Position numbers and translations under genes: made by a program. This document shows, one piece after another, positions 8,338 to 16,910 of a stretch of DNA of 64,000 bases. Origin of the DNA: Thermoprotei archaeon (GTDB lineage: Archaea; Thermoproteota; Thermoprotei; QMSL01; B3-G16); the NCBI GenBank assembly GCA_021162845.1, contig JAGGXX010000048.1, positions 13,397-77,396 of the forward strand. The letters run 5' to 3'. The first letter of the stretch is position 1. Each line of letters opens with the position of its first letter. The notes under the pieces are model-generated. The model worked only from the letters and a program-made list of their open reading frames with translations. It was not told where the DNA came from and did no database searches.

Positions 8338-9720
8338 ATGAAGATACAGAGAAAGCTATTGCTAACACTAGGTGCTTCTGCTACCATAATGCTACTTTCG
8401 CTCATAGCCGGGCTTAACGCACGTCAAGCGCTAGCGGTATCCTTATTCACGGGCACCATAACGGCTCTCATCTTCTTCTGGCACTTAAAGGTCCCCATAA
8501 CGTTCCTTGGAGTCTCCCTTCTCGTCACACTAGGGCTTATAGACGTCCCTCACTTGATAGAAGCTGCCAACCTAGATGTGATCCTCTTTCTTATAGATAT
8601 GATGATAGTGACTAGATTCCTTGAGAACAGGCGTTTCTTTGAGTATATAATAGGCGTAATGCTCTCCAAGGTCGGGAGAAGCGGTTTTCTGCTAATAACC
8701 ATTCTGATGTTGCTCTCGGCCCTTTTCGCGTCCCTCGTAGGGGCGGTAGTCTCAGCACTATTTATGACGACCTCTATAGTGCATTTAGCCAGCAGGCTTA
8801 GACTGAACATAACACCCTTGGTCTTGATGATGACGTTTGCGATAAACATAGGCAGTAGTGCCACGGTAGTAGGGAATCCCGTAGGCGTGTTAATCGCGAT
8901 GAAGGGAGGGCTCACATTCTCCGATTTCCTCAGATGGGCTACACCCATATCCCTAGCGAGCCTCGCGCTTGCCATAATGATTTCCTTCCGTATGTTCAGG
9001 AAAGAGATAAGGATGTTAGATAGACGACTAAAGGAACAGCTTATCGAGAGCGATATGGGAAAGCTGGGAAGCATGATTCCGGAGAACGACCTCATGATAT
9101 GCTGGGCTTTGTTCCTAGGTACGATCCTAGGACTTCTATTTTCTCACCAATTGGAGGAGCTCCTACATTTGGAGAAGAATACCATGCTCATAGGGGTCTC
9201 GCTGCTCTCCGCAACGGCAACCCTTTTAATAGAGAAGCAGAGAGCAAGGGAGCTGATTGAGCGCGGCGTAGATTGGTGGACGCTAATGTTCTTTATGATG
9301 CTCTTCGCCTCAGTAGGCGCATTAGAGTATGTTGGTGTAACCGATGTACTTGCAAACGCCATAACGGGCGTACCCGGAGGCACGATAACCCGCTTCATCC
9401 TACTTACGCTTTTAACTGGTGCTTTAAGCGCATTTCTCGATAACGTACTAGCTGTAGCTACAATAGTGCCCGTGATAAAGGGATTAGGGGAAATGGGATA
9501 CGACACATACCCCTTCTGGTGGGGGGCGCTTTTCGCTGGGACCTTCTTTGGGAACTTAACGTTGATAGCGAGTACCGCCAATATAGTCGCCATCAGCATG
9601 CTCGAGAGAAGAGGATTAGGACGCATATCCTTCAAGGAATGGCTTAAGAGAGGCTTTGTCATAACAATGCCCACGATAGGTCTAGCTATATTACTCCTCG
9701 CATTACAATTAATGCCTTGA
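8338..9720 (+). CDS. ArsB/NhaD-superfamily (CitMHS-like) anion permease
   Basis: About 12 TM helices in two halves separated by a cytosolic loop. Resembles the arsenite/citrate permease superfamily. Confidence 0.55.
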   Translation: MKIQRKLLLTLGASATIMLLSLIAGLNARQALAVSLFTGTITALIFFWHLKVPITFLGVSLLVTLGLIDVPHLIEAANLDVILFLIDMMIVTRFLENRRFFEYIIGVMLSKVGRSGFLLITILMLLSALFASLVGAVVSALFMTTSIVHLASRLRLNITPLVLMMTFAINIGSSATVVGNPVGVLIAMKGGLTFSDFLRWATPISLASLALAIMISFRMFRKEIRMLDRRLKEQLIESDMGKLGSMIPENDLMICWALFLGTILGLLFSHQLEELLHLEKNTMLIGVSLLSATATLLIEKQRARELIERGVDWWTLMFFMMLFASVGALEYVGVTDVLANAITGVPGGTITRFILLTLLTGALSAFLDNVLAVATIVPVIKGLGEMGYDTYPFWWGALFAGTFFGNLTLIASTANIVAISMLERRGLGRISFKEWLKRGFVITMPTIGLAILLLALQLMP

Positions 9721-9835
9721 TCATTATGATCGCGAGAATTCTCCTCTAGAACTTAGCCTTTAAGGTAATTTTGAGAAAAACTTTCGAGGACGATTCTTTA
9801 TCGATAAAGAATGATAATCAATAGCGAATTCGTGG

Positions 9836-9927
9836 TGGGGCCGCCCGGATTTGAACCGGGGTCACGGGGACCCAAACCCCGCAGTCCTCTGGGACGGATG
9901 CGCCCTTCCAGGCTAGCCTACGGCCCC
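9836..9927 (-). tRNA. tRNA-Pro(TGG) with non-canonical intron of about 19 nt near the D-arm/position 26
   Basis: Reverse complement: acceptor GGGGCCG/CGGCCCC + A, T-arm CCCGG-TTCAAAT-CCGGG, anticodon arm CGGGG-TTTGGGT-CCCCG (TGG). An extra 19 nt (hairpin GTCC-CAGA-GGAC flanked by CGCA/TGCG) lies between the D-loop and the anticodon stem. Confidence 0.65.
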
Positions 9928-10085
9928 TTTTCACTTGGAGATGTTATCTCCGGGGCTTAAATATTTTCGGCCGAAAGAACATGACATTCTCTTAGCCCAT
10001 AGGCACCTTGTGAGTTCCTATGTGCATCGTTTTCGTTAAATTATTTAGAAGGAACACAATCCTTTAATCTCCATTAGTAACTTAT

Positions 10086-10097
10086 CTATCTAGATAG
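10086..10097. promoter_or_regulatory. perfect 12-bp palindrome CTATCTAGATAG immediately upstream of padR
   Basis: Seen directly, about 10-75 nt upstream of the possible PadR start codons. PadR regulators typically bind palindromic operators and autoregulate. Confidence 0.4.
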
Positions 10098-10107
10098 GTG
10101 AGTATAC

Positions 10108-10479
10108 ATGTACAGCGACCACAGAGGGCACATTAACTGTCATCGCGGAATGAGGAGAAAGTGCCCTGGTAATATGCCTGTCAGGGGCCTACTTCATTTA
10201 GCAATTCTCAAGGTGGTCAAGTATGAGCCAACATACGGTAGCGAGATACAGCGCATCCTAAGGGAGAAGTTCATGATAGATGCGCCAAGGGCTATGGTCT
10301 ATGGCCTTTTACAGAGGTTGGAGGGGCATGGCCTCTTAATTTCGACCTGGGATACGAGCGGGAGCGGCCCTGCTAGGAGGATCTATAGGATAACAGAGGA
10401 GGGCGAGGAATACCTTAGGGATGCATTAGAGAAGCTGGTCAGAGTCAAGGCCATAATAGATCGTCTGATCTCTGGCTAG
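10108..10479 (+). CDS. padR: PadR-family transcriptional regulator
   Basis: wHTH region YGSEIQRILREKF...MVYGLLQRLEGHGLLIS...RRIYRITEEGEEYL. The true start is probably an internal Met (MPVRG...). Confidence 0.8.
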   Translation: MYSDHRGHINCHRGMRRKCPGNMPVRGLLHLAILKVVKYEPTYGSEIQRILREKFMIDAPRAMVYGLLQRLEGHGLLISTWDTSGSGPARRIYRITEEGEEYLRDALEKLVRVKAIIDRLISG

Positions 10480-10489
10480 GGGGAGGCCA

Positions 10490-11407
10490 ATGTATGCGGT
10501 AGAAGCTGTGAATCTGTATAAGAGGTTTGGCGATATCGTAGCCGTAGATCATGTAAGCTTCGCTGTCAAGAAAGGGGAGGTTTTTGGCCTTTTAGGACCT
10601 AATGGTGCTGGAAAAACTACTACTATTCGTATGCTGACCGGCGTACTTAAGCCTGATGATGGAACTGCTAAAATTATGGGAATTGACGTTCATGAAGAAC
10701 CGATAAAAGCGAAGAGCCTCATAGGCGTCGTCCCTGAAGAAGCTAATCCGTATCCGGATCTCACGGTGCGAGATAACTTGACCCTAGTCGGTATGCTCTA
10801 TGGGCTTACTCAAGGGGATATAGAAGAGAGAATAAGGGGCTTACTTAAGGTCTTAGATCTATATAAGGCGCGTAGTCGTAAGGCCAGGACATTATCCAAG
10901 GGCATGAGGCAGAGGTTGTTGATAGCGATGGCGCTCATCAGTGAGCCTCAGGTGCTCTTTCTGGATGAACCCACCTCAGGGTTGGACGTGATAAGTGCTA
11001 GGAAGATACGTGACCTCATCCGGAGTCTTGCTAAGGCTGGGGTTACAGTTCTCTTAACTACGCACAACATAGAGGAGGCGGGGGCTATATGCGATAGAGT
11101 AGCCATAATAAATAAAGGGCATATAGTGGCCCTTGGGAATCCAGATGAGCTTAAGATCAAAACTAGTAAGCATATGTACCTCCTAGCGCTCTTCAATAAG
11201 CCTCTAAAAGAGGAAGAGCTCGCTCATTACCTAGGCCCCTACGAGTATAGAGTCAATGGAAGAAAGCTCTCCGTGATCTGCGAGGATCCAGGAGATGTCG
11301 TGGAAAGACTCCTAAGCTACGTTAAGAGTAGCGGGGTAAAAATGATAAGCATACAGACTTCGCAGCCTAGCTTCGAAGAGGTCTTCTTAAGGCTTGTGAG
11401 GCGGTGA
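10490..11407 (+). CDS. ABC transporter ATP-binding protein (ABC-2 type)
   Basis: Walker A GPNGAGKTT, signature LSKGMRQRL, Walker B LFLDEPTSGLD. Confidence 0.9.
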   Translation: MYAVEAVNLYKRFGDIVAVDHVSFAVKKGEVFGLLGPNGAGKTTTIRMLTGVLKPDDGTAKIMGIDVHEEPIKAKSLIGVVPEEANPYPDLTVRDNLTLVGMLYGLTQGDIEERIRGLLKVLDLYKARSRKARTLSKGMRQRLLIAMALISEPQVLFLDEPTSGLDVISARKIRDLIRSLAKAGVTVLLTTHNIEEAGAICDRVAIINKGHIVALGNPDELKIKTSKHMYLLALFNKPLKEEELAHYLGPYEYRVNGRKLSVICEDPGDVVERLLSYVKSSGVKMISIQTSQPSFEEVFLRLVRR

Positions 11408-11410
11408 ATA

Positions 11411-12166
11411 ATGGATAACTGGAGGCGTACTCTCAGGAGCATATGGGCGATATGTTGGAAGGACGTCAAAATATATTATGCGAAGGGGCCTATAGTCGTC
11501 ATGGGGGTTCTTTTTCCTTTCTTCCTATGGCTGGCCTTTCAGATAGGCAGAGGCTTAGAGGTCAAGGAAGGGATAGCTCCCTTAATCGCTATTACGGCTT
11601 TCTTCACTTCTTCGGCTGTCACGCCCATAATCCTACCATGGGAGACTAGACAGAGGACCCTTGAGATGCTCTTGGCAAGACCCATAACGATAACTAGGAT
11701 CTTAATAGGCGATATACTGGCCTCAATGCTCTTCGGATTGAGCTTCTCGTTCCTTCCTGTTCTCTATGGCTTATTATTAGGCATTGTGCCTAATAACTTA
11801 GGCACGCTCTTAGGCCTATTAGTGCTCGCTACCTTAGAGTTCTCGACTTTGGGAGTGCTTTTCTCCGCCATGCCGACCGATGTACCCGCGGATGTCGTGA
11901 TGATATCCAGCGCTGTAAAGCTCCCATTGATATTCGTAAGCGGGACGTTTATGCCGTTAAATCGGTTACCCGAGATCATGAGGTGCATAGCGTTGTTCTC
12001 GCCTCTAACGTATGTTACCGACCTGATTAGAGGCCTATATGGAGGGGGTAATTACTTCCCTTGCATCCTCGATATCTCCGTAACCGCTCTGTACACGGGG
12101 GTATTCGTCTTACTCACCGTAAAGCTCCATAAGATAACCGTTATTAGGAGGCTCCAACTGAAATGA
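11411..12166 (+). CDS. ABC-2 type transporter permease
   Basis: 6-TM protein immediately downstream of the ABC ATPase. Forms a padR-ATPase-permease operon. Confidence 0.75.
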   Translation: MDNWRRTLRSIWAICWKDVKIYYAKGPIVVMGVLFPFFLWLAFQIGRGLEVKEGIAPLIAITAFFTSSAVTPIILPWETRQRTLEMLLARPITITRILIGDILASMLFGLSFSFLPVLYGLLLGIVPNNLGTLLGLLVLATLEFSTLGVLFSAMPTDVPADVVMISSAVKLPLIFVSGTFMPLNRLPEIMRCIALFSPLTYVTDLIRGLYGGGNYFPCILDISVTALYTGVFVLLTVKLHKITVIRRLQLK

Positions 12167-12195
12167 TGAACCATTACTTCAAGGATGTATAAGTA

Positions 12196-12294
12196 TGGAG
12201 CCCCGGCCGGGATTCGAACCCGGGACCACGGGCTTTTACGCCCTTCATCAAAGGCTTTACAAGGCCCGCGCTCTGCCTACTGAGCTACCGGGGC
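12196..12294 (-). tRNA. tRNA-Thr(TGT) with 23-nt intron, CCA encoded
   Basis: Reverse complement: GCCCCGG-TA-GCTC AGTAGGCA GAGC-G-CGGGC CTTGTAA [AAGCCTTTGATGAAGGGCGTAAA] GCCCG-TGGTC-CCGGG TTCGAAT CCCGG-CCGGGGC-T-CCA. Confidence 0.8.
12235..12257 (-). other. tRNA-Thr intron (23 nt, canonical 37/38, flanking A-run gives a few nt ambiguity)
   Basis: Sits between the anticodon loop and the 3' strand of the anticodon stem. Internal helix GCCTT(T)/AAGGGC. The H helix is not canonical. Confidence 0.5.
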
Positions 12295-12365
12295 CCCTCG
12301 CCGGATAATAGGGAATAGGAGGTACTTAAACTTTAAATACGTCATTTCGATAGCATCGAGGGTCT

Positions 12366-13400
12366 TTAAAGATCCCAGTATCTCCTCAGAAACCCCTTTA
12401 CTTCGTTTAAGAATGAACTGAACGTGGACCTAAGCGATGATCTCGTCATGGAATATCGCTCTACTATATCTACGTTAAGGAGGCCTTTTATCACGTTAAG
12501 GGAGCTTTCAGCTAACGCGTTTAAGTCATAACCGCCTTCTAATATAAGGCTTATACCTCTGACCTCCTTAATTTCCTCTACCAATATTTTACATAGCTTC
12601 CAGAAGATAGACGATGATAAGTTTAAGTGCGCAAGGGGATCGTTCATGTGGGCATCAAAGCCACAGCTTATGAGGAGGAGCTCTGGCTTATATTCTTTTA
12701 ATATGGAGATGGCGATATCGTAGGCTCTTAGGTACATGTCATCTGCTATATTGGGGAAGAGGGGGATGTTCACATTATACCCTTCTCCTTCGTCTTCTCC
12801 CACCTCTGTATACCATCCCGTCCCGGGATATATCCCCCATTCATGTAATGAGATGTAGAGCACCGAGGGGTCATCATAGAATATCTCCTGCGTACCATTG
12901 CCATGATGTACGTCCCAATCCAATATCGCGATCCTCCTCGCATATCCCTTAGCTAGAGAGTCCCTTGCGGCTATGGCTATGTTATTGAGTAGGCAGAAGC
13001 CCCCAGCCCTGACCTTAGAGGCATGATGACCAGGGGGTCTTATGAGGGCAAACGTGTACTTTAACCCCTCCTTAACCACCGCTCGAGCGGCTCTCAACGC
13101 CCCGCCAGCTGCTAGTCGTGCTACTTCGAAGCTCTCCTGACAAAGGTAGGTATCTAAGTCGAGCCATCCACCGCCTTTTGCACAAAGATCCCTAAGCGAT
13201 TCTATGTATCTGAGGTCGTGTACCACGCTCAACTCCTCTATCGTGGCCACGTAAGGCTCTAACGGGTACACTAGGGACCATAATGGGCTTCTCCTAAGCG
13301 CTTCATATATGATCTCTAATCTCCTAGGATGCTCGGGGTGCTCCCCTGGAGGTCTGTGTAACGAGTAGGTATTGCTGTAGATAACTCCTATTCGCGTCAT
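12366..13400 (-). CDS. histone deacetylase / acetoin utilization AcuC family deacetylase
   Basis: LDWDVHHGNGTQ (HDAC Zn/active-site motif), GFCLLNN, and the arginase-deacetylase fold pattern. Confidence 0.8.
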   Translation of the reverse strand: MTRIGVIYSNTYSLHRPPGEHPEHPRRLEIIYEALRRSPLWSLVYPLEPYVATIEELSVVHDLRYIESLRDLCAKGGGWLDLDTYLCQESFEVARLAAGGALRAARAVVKEGLKYTFALIRPPGHHASKVRAGGFCLLNNIAIAARDSLAKGYARRIAILDWDVHHGNGTQEIFYDDPSVLYISLHEWGIYPGTGWYTEVGEDEGEGYNVNIPLFPNIADDMYLRAYDIAISILKEYKPELLLISCGFDAHMNDPLAHLNLSSSIFWKLCKILVEEIKEVRGISLILEGGYDLNALAESSLNVIKGLLNVDIVERYSMTRSSLRSTFSSFLNEVKGFLRRYWDL

Positions 13401-13436
13401 TTAATGTACCATATCATACAAGCGGCATTAAAATGT

Positions 13437-14627
13437 TTAAATTTCCTTAATGATATTGAGCTGGTGTAGCACGTATTCGCGTATCTCATCGACGGTAGGT
13501 AGGGGTTCTACTATCTCGCCTTGCCTGATATATCTCCGGAGTAAGGGTTCCATCTTGCCGTCACATAGAGGGCACACGGGTTCGGTGGACTTAAATGGCT
13601 TCACGACCAGTGTGAGGTCCTCAGGACAGCGCCATACCATTTTCTTTCCAGCAAGTTTACCGCGTTTGGCTATAGGCCTACCCTCTACTTCAACTATATC
13701 CATCGCGAAGTCTATGACCGGAGCGTTAGAGACCGAAGTACCGACTCCGAAGCCATCGGCGCCAGCTTCAGCTAACTCCTTTATGTTCTCGTCGTTAACC
13801 CCTCCCGAGACTATTATCTTTACGTGGTCATATCCCCTTATGTTCAGCTCCCACCTTACTTCCCTGATTATCTGGGGGAAGCTGCCCTTCCTAGAGCCTG
13901 GCGTATCAAGCCTGACGCCGTAAAGCCTTTTCCCCAAGGCCTCGGCAGCCATAACGGCCTCTATTTTCTCATCATAAAACGTATCGACTAGTGCTATCCG
14001 GGGGACTTCCTCGGGCATCACCTCATCGAACGCCTTCCAGGCACGGACCTGATCCCCTATCACTATTATTAGTGCATGCGGCATGGTGCCCATGGGTCTC
14101 TTGCCTATGGCCTTGGCACCCGCTATGCTCGAGACGCCATCGAAGCCCCCTATATACGCCGCTCGATCTAACATAGGTGCTAGAGCTGGGTGCATCCTGC
14201 GTATGCCGAAGGCCAGGAGTATTTTATCCCCTCCTACTATCTTTCTTAACCTAGCTGCCATGGTCGTCACACCGCTAGACTGGCAGAGGAAGCCCAAGAG
14301 CGGTGTTTCATATATGCAGAATTCGTAATAGGGCCCCTCTATGAAGAGTAACGGAATCCTTACGCCGTAATAGTCATATGGCCTGAAGAGCGTACCTTCA
14401 GGGACAGCGTATACATCAACGGGCAAGCCTTCCATTAGCTTAATGGCTTCTTCAAGGCCTGAGAGAACCCCCCATTTCCATCCCCTAGGCAGGCCGCCTG
14501 TAGTTATCTCCGCAACTACCTTTACGTTTTGAAGCCCCTTCGTTTCGAGTATCCTCTTCGTCCTAACGAAGTATATGTCCGTAGTTTCCCCCTTCTTTAT
14601 GTCCTCATCCGAGGCGATAAAGAACAC
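13437..14627 (-). CDS. nicotinate phosphoribosyltransferase (archaeal type) with C-terminal Zn-ribbon
   Basis: Archaeal NAPRTase N-terminus MFFIASDEDIKKGETTDIYF, and a C-terminal CPxxC...CPLCDG ribbon. Confidence 0.75.
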   Translation of the reverse strand: MFFIASDEDIKKGETTDIYFVRTKRILETKGLQNVKVVAEITTGGLPRGWKWGVLSGLEEAIKLMEGLPVDVYAVPEGTLFRPYDYYGVRIPLLFIEGPYYEFCIYETPLLGFLCQSSGVTTMAARLRKIVGGDKILLAFGIRRMHPALAPMLDRAAYIGGFDGVSSIAGAKAIGKRPMGTMPHALIIVIGDQVRAWKAFDEVMPEEVPRIALVDTFYDEKIEAVMAAEALGKRLYGVRLDTPGSRKGSFPQIIREVRWELNIRGYDHVKIIVSGGVNDENIKELAEAGADGFGVGTSVSNAPVIDFAMDIVEVEGRPIAKRGKLAGKKMVWRCPEDLTLVVKPFKSTEPVCPLCDGKMEPLLRRYIRQGEIVEPLPTVDEIREYVLHQLNIIKEI

Positions 14628-14709
14628 GACCTCATCACCCTCGAAGGAAGGCGATCGTGTTTACCTCGTAGACTTGGCATATTAATGCTCTTCTCGAGGA
14701 AAAGCTTGC

Positions 14710-16908
14710 TTACATCCAATACATAAGCGTGCCCCTGTTCTTTTCCTGTTTAAGTACTTCCTCGTCAACCTCTTCTCCAAGTTGGGATTTTATGCTTTTA
14801 ACGAGTTCAGCTCCTATTAACGGGACCTGTAATAGCTCCTTGATCGATGCCCTCCTCAAGCTATCGAGCGTTCTATAACCGGCCTGAAAGAGCATCCTCG
14901 CCCTTATGCGTCCTATCCCCTTAAGCTTAACCAGCTCCAATAGCTCGGGCCTAACGCCGTACTTCATCCTAAGGGTTAGCCGCTCTAGTTCTCTTACATG
15001 GTGGCTGAGACCCAGATACCTCGCTATCTCCCCCGAGGCATGAAGTAACCATTGAGCTGTCTGCGTTAAGTTATGGATGTCCCCTGGCCCCACATCATAC
15101 TCCCTGACCAGTTGATCCTCCGGCACCTCTTCTATCCAATCGTTAAGCAAGAGCGCGGTCTTTACTTCAGCTAAGTACATTTCATAACCTTCAGGATCCT
15201 CATATTCTTCAGGTGGTGGTATGAAAAATTCATCTTCATGTGCTTCAACATATGCAGCGTAGTGCTCGTATTCACCTCGCCTTAGATATAATGTGGGCAT
15301 ATCGGGGGTTTGGCAGATAAGATGGAGATAGCTTAGAGGGGTGGGACCCGCTGGGGGCTTCATCTGAAGACCCTTCCTTATGCGCACGGCAGATAGGGGA
15401 TCAACGTATAGCTCCGAGACGCGCTTGCCGAAGCCCGTGGCTTTTAGGAATTCGCCTTTATCTATGAAGTCCTCCTTAGCTAGGAAGTCCAAGACCTTCG
15501 CAACTACGTGATGTATACCTATGGTGCCATGCTGATACGCGTAGAAAGTCCGCCTCATGAAGTTCATCAGACCCTCATGGCTATTGACTATACCTGAAGC
15601 TATTATCGCCAGTACGTGGCTCCTTAAGGCCGGTTCGCTACCTAACTTAGACCATATCCTCTCAGGTTCAGCATTCACGTATCTCTCGAGCAGATAATCT
15701 ACTTCGTCCTCGCTCTTGGCTACGAGTATCGCCTCGCCTCTTATATCGTAGGTAGGACGGCCGGCCCTTCCGGCCATCTGCTTATACTCCAGGATAGGAA
15801 TCTCATAGTATCCTAGCCCAGGATCATAGCGCTTATAACTGGCTATCACCACTCTCCTAGCCGGAAGATTGACCCCTGCCGCTAAAGTCGGCGTCGCAAC
15901 TACTACCTTAATCAGGGATTCCCTAAAACCACTCTCCACGAGCCTCCTATGAGCATATGAGAGGCCCGCATGATGGAATGCTACACCATTCGCCACATCA
16001 TTAGCCAGTTCCTCGCTGATTTTCGTCCTCTCGGCGCTTTCCGAGATCTTCACGGCTAATTCTTTCAATTTCCTCCTTTCGCTCTTGCTGAGTAAGCGCG
16101 ATACGTAGCCTCTAAGCTTCCTAGCCGTGCTTACAGCCGCATAACGCGTATTGGAGAAGACCAGCACCTCCCCGCCTTTATTCAGGGCATCCACTACTAA
16201 ATCCACAACAGGATGTCTGGTCTTCACGTCTACTTTATCTATGCTTCCATCGGCGTACACTATCTCGCCGTAATAGTATACGCCCTCTTTAAGGGGGACT
16301 GGGCGCCACTCGCTCTTAACGAGCTTGGCATTTAGCCAAGATGCTAGTTCCTCTGCATTCCGTATGGTAGCGCTTAAGGCTAGCACCTGCATCTCGGGAT
16401 TCACCTGCATTAGCCTTGTCAGGACAACCTCAAGTGTAGGTCCTCTATCCGCGTAGTTAAGCAAGTGTACTTCATCAGCGACCAGTATAGCCACCTCGCT
16501 TATCCAGGGAGAGCTATGCCTTAACAGGCTGTCCACTTTCTCGTTAGTGGACACTATTATGTCGTATCCTTCCAGCCACGCGTCTGCAGAATCGTAGTCC
16601 CCCGTTGAGAGGGCGACCCTTAACCCTAGCTTCTCATATCGTTGGAACTCCTCATATTTCTCGTTAGCTAGTGCTTTGAGGGGCACCATGTATAGGGCTT
16701 TGCCTCGCCCCTCTAGCACGGCCTTAAGCATGGCTAATTCGGCTATCAGGGTCTTCCCAGCAGCCGTGGGTATTGACACTACAACGTTGGTTCCGTTTAA
16801 TATCCCGGCTCTTATAGCCTCCTCTTGAGGCGGATATAGTTCCTTGATACCCCTTTCCTTAATGAGGCTTAAGGCGTGAGGAGGGAGTGGTAGTTCATCG
16901 ATTCTCAT
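14710..16908 (-). CDS. hel308: Hel308/Hjm Ski2-like DNA helicase
   Basis: Walker A PTAAGKT, DEAH-like DEVH, and typical Hel308 N-terminus LPPHALSLIKERGIKELYPPQ. 732 aa. Confidence 0.85.
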   Translation of the reverse strand: MRIDELPLPPHALSLIKERGIKELYPPQEEAIRAGILNGTNVVVSIPTAAGKTLIAELAMLKAVLEGRGKALYMVPLKALANEKYEEFQRYEKLGLRVALSTGDYDSADAWLEGYDIIVSTNEKVDSLLRHSSPWISEVAILVADEVHLLNYADRGPTLEVVLTRLMQVNPEMQVLALSATIRNAEELASWLNAKLVKSEWRPVPLKEGVYYYGEIVYADGSIDKVDVKTRHPVVDLVVDALNKGGEVLVFSNTRYAAVSTARKLRGYVSRLLSKSERRKLKELAVKISESAERTKISEELANDVANGVAFHHAGLSYAHRRLVESGFRESLIKVVVATPTLAAGVNLPARRVVIASYKRYDPGLGYYEIPILEYKQMAGRAGRPTYDIRGEAILVAKSEDEVDYLLERYVNAEPERIWSKLGSEPALRSHVLAIIASGIVNSHEGLMNFMRRTFYAYQHGTIGIHHVVAKVLDFLAKEDFIDKGEFLKATGFGKRVSELYVDPLSAVRIRKGLQMKPPAGPTPLSYLHLICQTPDMPTLYLRRGEYEHYAAYVEAHEDEFFIPPPEEYEDPEGYEMYLAEVKTALLLNDWIEEVPEDQLVREYDVGPGDIHNLTQTAQWLLHASGEIARYLGLSHHVRELERLTLRMKYGVRPELLELVKLKGIGRIRARMLFQAGYRTLDSLRRASIKELLQVPLIGAELVKSIKSQLGEEVDEEVLKQEKNRGTLMYWM

Positions 16909-16910
16909 CT

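Noticed and set aside
12235-12257. UGAUGA inside the tRNA-Thr intron as a C box of an intron-encoded sRNA.
   Set aside because: The intron is only about 23 nt. There is no room for guide and D-box elements.
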